From the human T2T-CHM13v2.0 reference genome, Homo sapiens: a stretch of 64,000 nucleotides of DNA. The stretch is from assembly GCF_009914755.1 (NCBI RefSeq), contig NC_060930.1, one strand, 5' to 3'. The first letter of the stretch is position 1; each line of letters starts with the position of its first letter. Shown piece by piece: positions 58,203-64,000 of this stretch. Position numbers and translations under genes: made by a program. The notes beneath the pieces were generated by a model. The model saw only the letters and a list, made by a program, of their open reading frames with translations, was not told the DNA's origin and did no database searches.

Positions 58203-58461
58203 TCAGCCTTTGGAGAACTTCATGGCTTAAAAATTAAAATATATTAGGCTTGTAAAGAGCACTGCTTCTTTCTGCGGCTTTGTCTCTTTGTAACATAAAA
58301 TTTGTGGTAATTTTTAGGAAACTCAGGATATGTTGTCCACTCCAGAAGTATGAGGTGGGACTGCAGGAATATGAGCTCCTCTCCACATGCAGGGACCCCA
58401 GGTGAGGTAACATGGCAGGTGCGGAGCACCAGAGCAGGTGCTACCAGGGCTGAGTTTTCAT

Positions 58462-58750
58462 ATTTATTTATTTATTTGTTTTTGAGACAGAGTCTTGCTC
58501 TGTTGCCCAGGCTGGAGTACGTGGTGCAATCACAGCTCACTGCAGCCTCAAATTCCTGGGCTCAAACAGTCCTCCTACTTCATCCTCTGGAGTAGCTGGG
58601 ACTACAAATGCATGCCACCATGCCTTGCTAATTTTTAAATTTTTTGGTGTCAAGATCTTACTATGTTGTCCAGGCTGATCTTGAACTCTTGAGCCCAAGT
58701 GATCCTCCAGCCTCAGCCTACCAAAGTGCTGGGAGCCATCCTGCCCAGAT
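58462..58750 (-). mobile_element. AluJ
   Basis: J diagnostics; (TTTA)n tail; TSD GGG(C/A)TGAGTTTTCAT. Confidence 0.9.
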
Positions 58751-58789
58751 GGGATGAGTTTTCATTCTTCCTCCACAACTCTCTGTGTG

Positions 58790-59047
58790 CTCCTGGGGAG
58801 GTCACTGAATCTTTCTAAGCCTTAGTTTCTTCATTCATAGCAGGGAAAATAGCTGCTCTACATACCTCAGGCAATCATCATGGGGTCAAATAAGAAAACA
58901 AGTGAAACATTTTGAAAACTGTAGTAGGCATTTGTAAGCTCTATAGAGGCATGGATTTTTGTCGGTTTGTTCACTCTTGGAGCCCTAGCATCTAAAACAA
59001 TGCCTGAATCATCATGAGTCCACAATACAAATTTATTGAATGAATGC
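58790..59047 (+). mobile_element. MIR followed by an L2 3' end
   Basis: CTAAGCCTTAGTTTCTTCAT core; then CTAGCATCTAAAACAATGCCTG...TTTATTGAATGAATG. Confidence 0.65.
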
Positions 59048-59056
59048 ACATGATAA

Positions 59057-59441
<385 letters not shown>

Positions 59442-59484
59442 AGAGAACACTCATTTTATATAACTTCTAGAGTCACTGTTTCTC

Positions 59485-59762
59485 AGGGCTGGAAGGGAGC
59501 TTAATGAGTACATGATCCAGCCTTGCAGGTTGATGAACACCTTGACTCTGTCCTTGCCAGGTGCTTATCCAGCCTGTTCGAGATCATAGCCACCAAGGGG
59601 GAACTCTCTGGACAACCTGGCAGAAGTTCCCCTCACTCAGCTGAAACCTGCCTCCACCTGAGGCCACAGAGCAAGTCTCCCTGGGCTTCTGGGTCTTCAG
59701 ACATTTGGAGACAGTTATTATCTCTCCCTGCCCTCAGATTTACCATGTCCAGGCTAAATGGA
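59485..59762 (-). mobile_element. L3/CR1-like LINE fragment
   Basis: GGGCTGGAAGGGA-CTT...ATCCAGCCT...CTTCAGA-ATTTGGAGACAG-TATT...TCCAGGCTAAA. Confidence 0.5.
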
Positions 59763-60179
59763 TGATTTCTCACTTATAAATGTAAGGCATTTAATAATTA
59801 CATTTCTTGATAATAAAATAAGGAAAAATTTAGGGTTTTTAAACAAAAAATTGCATTGGTATATGTCTGCTGTTACCCACAGGAGGCCCTTGTTTGCAAA
59901 GCTAGATATTGCTGGACCCACCTATTGGTAGACATCTGAAAAATTTCTGCAAATGTGAAATAAATATTAAGGTCCAGAGAGAATAACTGTATTTTGTAAT
60001 ATCTGTAATATAGCTGTGTATTTTATCATATCTGCCTTTATATAATATAATGATAAATATAAATATCATTGCAGCAATAGTTATAGTAGAAAAAAATCTG
60101 GAGTCCACCTAAGTGTCTATTAATAATGAGATAGTTAAATAAATTATGGTGTCTACTCAGCCATTAACAGTTGATGTTT

Positions 60180-60303
60180 GGATTCAGGTGCAGTGGTGCC
60201 TGCCTGTAGTACTGGCTACTCAGGAGGCTGAGGTGGGAGGATCACTTGAACCCAAGAATTTAAGGTCAACTTAGGTAATGTAGCAAGAACACCCTCTCAA
60301 AAA
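60180..60303 (+). mobile_element. FLAM/FAM-type Alu monomer
   Basis: Single 7SL-derived monomer; TSD AGT(T/C)GATG(T/C)TT. Confidence 0.8.
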
Positions 60304-60401
60304 GGAGTCGATGCTTATAAAGTTATATAATAATATAGAAAATGCCTACAATATAATGGAATTATGTGGGAAAATCAATATACTCATTTAAAGGTACCAT
60401 A

Positions 60402-60768
60402 TGATATGGTTTGGCTCTGTGTCCCCACCCAAATTTCATGTTGAATTGTAATTACCAGTGGGAGGTGGGAGGTGATTGAATCATAGGGGTGAATTTCCCC
60501 CTTGACTTTCTTGCGATAGAGTTCTCACAAGATCTGGTTGTTTGAAAGTATGTAGCACCCCACCCCTTCTCTCTCTCTCTCCTGCTGGCCATATGAAGAT
60601 GTGCTTACTTCCTTTTCACCTTCTACCATGATTGTAAGTTTCCTGAGGCTTCCCCAGAAACAGAAGCCTGTACAGACCACAGAACCATGAGCTGATTAAA
60701 CCTCTTTTCTTTACACATTACCCAGTCTCAGGTATGTCTTTACAGCAGTTTAAGAATGGACTAATACA
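60402..60768 (+). mobile_element. MSTA-like solo LTR
   Basis: TGATATGGTTTGGCTCTGTGTCCCC...GGACTAATACA; perfect TSD CCATA. Confidence 0.9.
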
Positions 60769-60825
60769 CCATATGGTTGCTATGTAAACAGCCATGTTTT
60801 ACAACAGTCTTAAAGTAAATGCAAT

Positions 60826-61282
60826 ATGTTAAGTAAAATAAGCCTGATATAGAAAGACAAATATCTCATTCTCTCACTCATATATAGGAGCTAAAAAAAA
60901 AATTGAACTCATGGAGATAGAAAGCAGAATGATGATTACCAGACACTGGGAAGGGTAGTAGGGAGAGAGGATAAAGAGGAGTTGGTTAATGGGCACAAAA
61001 ATACAGTTAGATTAAAAAAAAAAAAATAAGATCTAGTGCTCAGTAACCCAATAGGGCAACTATAGTTTACAATAGCTTATTGTATATTTCAAAATAACTA
61101 AAAAGTAGAATTAGAATATTCCTAACACAAAGAAATGTTAAATGCTTTAGGTGATGGATATCCCAATTACCCTGTTTGATCATTACATATTGACACACTG
61201 GTACCAAATATCACATGTACCCCATAAATATTTACAACTATTATGTATCCATAAAAATTAAAAATAAAAAAATTTAAAAATA
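60826..61282 (+). mobile_element. L1MA (MA3-4-like) 3' UTR
   Basis: GAACTCATGGAGATAGA...GGTGATGGATATCCCAATTACCCTG...CACATGTACCCCATAAATAT plus A-rich tail. Confidence 0.88.
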
Positions 61283-61439
61283 AAAGTACAAAATGCTATC
61301 ATTGGTGGTTTTACAGTAGTGAAGTTATAGATGACTTTTTCTTCTATTTTGTTTTCCAAAAAGTGCTGATATTACCTTTAAAATAATAAAAAATTTAAAT
61401 GTTTCATATTTATTTCAACATTTCTTTCTGAGATTTTAT

Positions 61440-61511
61440 ACACAGACACACATACCCAGATACACACACACACGCACATGCACACACCCACACACGCACG
61501 CACACACACAC
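61440..61511. repeat. Degenerate (CA)n repeat
   Basis: Interrupted CA/CG dinucleotide run. Confidence 0.85.
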
Positions 61512-63859
61512 CTCCTTTTTATTATTCATCATCCTCACATTGGGTCAGTTTCTACAAAATGGGCATGAATTTTGGTGGGACCAGAAATGTTAAGAACAGT
61601 ACTAGTGATAATTTGAGCAGAGGCAGAAGAATGCTGAATGCTTTCAGCACATAGTGATCACAGAATATCTTTGAGGTAAAAGAACCAAGAAGAGAAAAGT
61701 GACCCTCATGGGCAGATGAAGCCACCCAGGGCTGCAAGACCTCATCTTCCCCTCACTGAATAGACAGGTGTGCAGGCATGTGGGAAAGAGAGGGGGCATG
61801 AGTATGTGTGGACTCCACCCACACCGCTGTAACAGTCAATGTCTAGGCTCAACGTGTTTCTCTATTTCGGAATAATTCCATCATGCGTTGTATTGGCTGT
61901 GACACAATTAAAGGAATAACAAGGAGCAAAGCACCAGGACAAGTTAGTCTCTCTTTTCCATTTGCTGTCTGAGAGTGGCTGAGCTCCGTGCCAATAAACT
62001 GAAGCTTCCTCATTATTGTGTGATAGTAAACAAGAAGCCATCAGGATTTCACTTCAAAATGCACCAATTCAATTTTGAGGGAAAGAAATTTGCTAGTGTT
62101 AGAGCCTAGGGCTACACATGATCGCCATGAGGCTACAGTTTCTCCTCGGTGTGCCATCTCTCTCTCTTTCTGGTAGTGCAAAATGAATTTTAGTTGGCAT
62201 TTCAGCATGGCTCACAGCTTCGTCTTCTTGATTGAATGCCAAGCATGAACTAAAATATATCAGATGTTTTGTCTGCCTAGTGCCACGTTATGTGGGTGGA
62301 AGTCTGTGCAGTTCTACTGGAGGAACAAAACAATAGGATTAGCAGCAAGCGGGAAGCTTCAAGTAAATGATTAAACATTGGAAGGGAAAGAAAAAATGAA
62401 TATTACCAGGAAGTAGGGGCTGAGGTCCTGTATGTATGAGCCTGCAGAGGTGTGCGGTGCCCTGGCATGTGTTCCCTGGAATAAAAAGGAATGATTGGCA
62501 AGTGAAAGCAGTGCACATATATTCAGGAATAATTGTGCTGATTTGAAAAGAGCAACAGTATAAAACCAAGACAAAGCAAATGAAATCCAATTTATGCCAA
62601 AGAGTAAGAAAGTTTATAATACTCAATAAACCCTCAAATCACCTAAGAAAGAAATGGGCAGAGAATTGTTGCCATTAATGAGATGGGAGCAATTCACGAT
62701 GAGAACGTGACCATTTGCAGCATGCACTCCTCACATCTTGCAAGCCTTGGGGCTTCTGAACACTCACTCCTCCTATTTACTTTCTGAAACTTAATTGAGG
62801 AAAAGGAGGAAACTGTATCCTTGATATGAGTTGTACTTGCTGCTCCCTGGGTTGGCTTTAGCTAGTAGAATTCCTGGGTTCCTTTGTGTGTGAGGTTTTG
62901 CCTTTGATTTGACTGGATGATAGATTATCCTCGTCTCTAAAGGAAACAAGTTAGAGAGGTAACTGTGTCATAGTATGTACTTTAACTTCTGAAAACAATG
63001 TCAATTTTTCTTTCTCATCACTTTCTTCAGTTGGTCCTGCCTTGTTGTTGGACTCATTATAAAAAAGCCAGGTTTTCCATGCCCAGACACATTAACTATC
63101 AGGGATGTGTCCTTCTCTGAGACAAGTCTTGATTTTACTGCTTCCTGCTGAGCCTGACTGCTGGCATTGGTCCTAATCAACTGGAAAATAAATGGAGCTT
63201 CCCAGGTCTTGAGTCAACACTGAGCCCCTGTTTTCCTGATGCTGCCAGCTGCCAGCCAGCCCATTGCCAAGAAACCATGCCAGAGCTCATGTTCCCTTAT
63301 TTTCTCTCTACTTCCTTTTCCCTATCTGCTCTCCACCTCTGCTGTAATGCCTCCGGGCATTTTCTTAGTTCACTCTGTTTTCAAATCTTTCTTTATTACT
63401 CAGACGTCTGGGAACATTCTTGCTGTGTTTCATTGCTGTGTATTTTTTTCCATAAAATACTTCTTAACTAGATGGTGTCACCTTGAACAAATGAAAGGGA
63501 ATATATTTTAGGTTTTCTTTTGTATCCACCCTGACCCTCCAACCCTTCAGTTCCCCAACCCCAGAAGGGCCCAGGACAATGCGAGATACTCATCAATGAA
63601 TGACTAAATGATTAAATTTCCTGAAGGATAATTCAGGTTTTTTTTTTCCCCTCCAGAAGTTCTCTTGATTTATTCTCTTACTCTTTATTATCTTATTCAT
63701 CAATTATTTCCTTTCTCAACTCTTATCTTAAACTTATCCCTTCCTTTGGGATCCTTGTTCTCAATCTAGAAACATGTTTATGTCTCTCATCTGAAACAAA
63801 TGAATAAAGACAAAACAAAACAAGCACAACCTTTCCCTTGACTCTGTCTCCCATTGGTT

Positions 63860-63960
63860 AATTCAACATTTGTTTCCTGTGCCTACTATGCGCCACTGTT
63901 CTGGGGGCTGCATGGAGGCAGAACAGTTGCTTCTCTCATGGATCTAGGGAGAGGATTCAG
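63860..63960 (-). mobile_element. L2 3' fragment
   Basis: ATTCAACATTT-TT...TGCCTACTATG-GCCA-CTGTTCTGGG-GCTG. Confidence 0.6.
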
Positions 63961-64000
63961 ATAAAAAATATATATATATATATATCCACAGGAAAAGCTC

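Overview
Primate (human-like) non-coding genomic DNA, AT-rich and dominated by interspersed repeats. I find no supportable protein-coding exon, RNA gene or prokaryotic feature; the listed ORFs fall in repeats or are short chance frames. Main elements: the 3' end of a THE1 (MaLR) provirus; a complete minus-strand MER4A-type ERV1 provirus (4434-13790, 4-bp TSD GCTT) carrying nested MER50, LTR10 and Alu insertions; a 5'-deleted MER57/LTR54-like ERV with integrase and env remnants; a MER11 solo LTR; a Charlie1-type hAT fossil; about 20 Alu/FLAM copies; and L1, L2, MIR, MER5 and MaLR fragments. The least expected signal is a set of at least seven locally templated copies with no TSD or poly-A tail (direct, inverted and fold-back; 9-590 bp; very different ages), which look like template-switch or break-repair scars. 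They include a roughly 1%-diverged 590-bp copy and a 2.6-kb block bounded by two inverted copies. Also notable are a G-rich minisatellite with five perfect PRDM9 13-mer matches, an LTR10 AP-1 repeat array and a perfect RFX X-box. I cannot support a new gene-encoded system here. Repeat subfamily names come from recalled consensus sequences and need RepeatMasker/Dfam confirmation; mismatch counts were made by eye.
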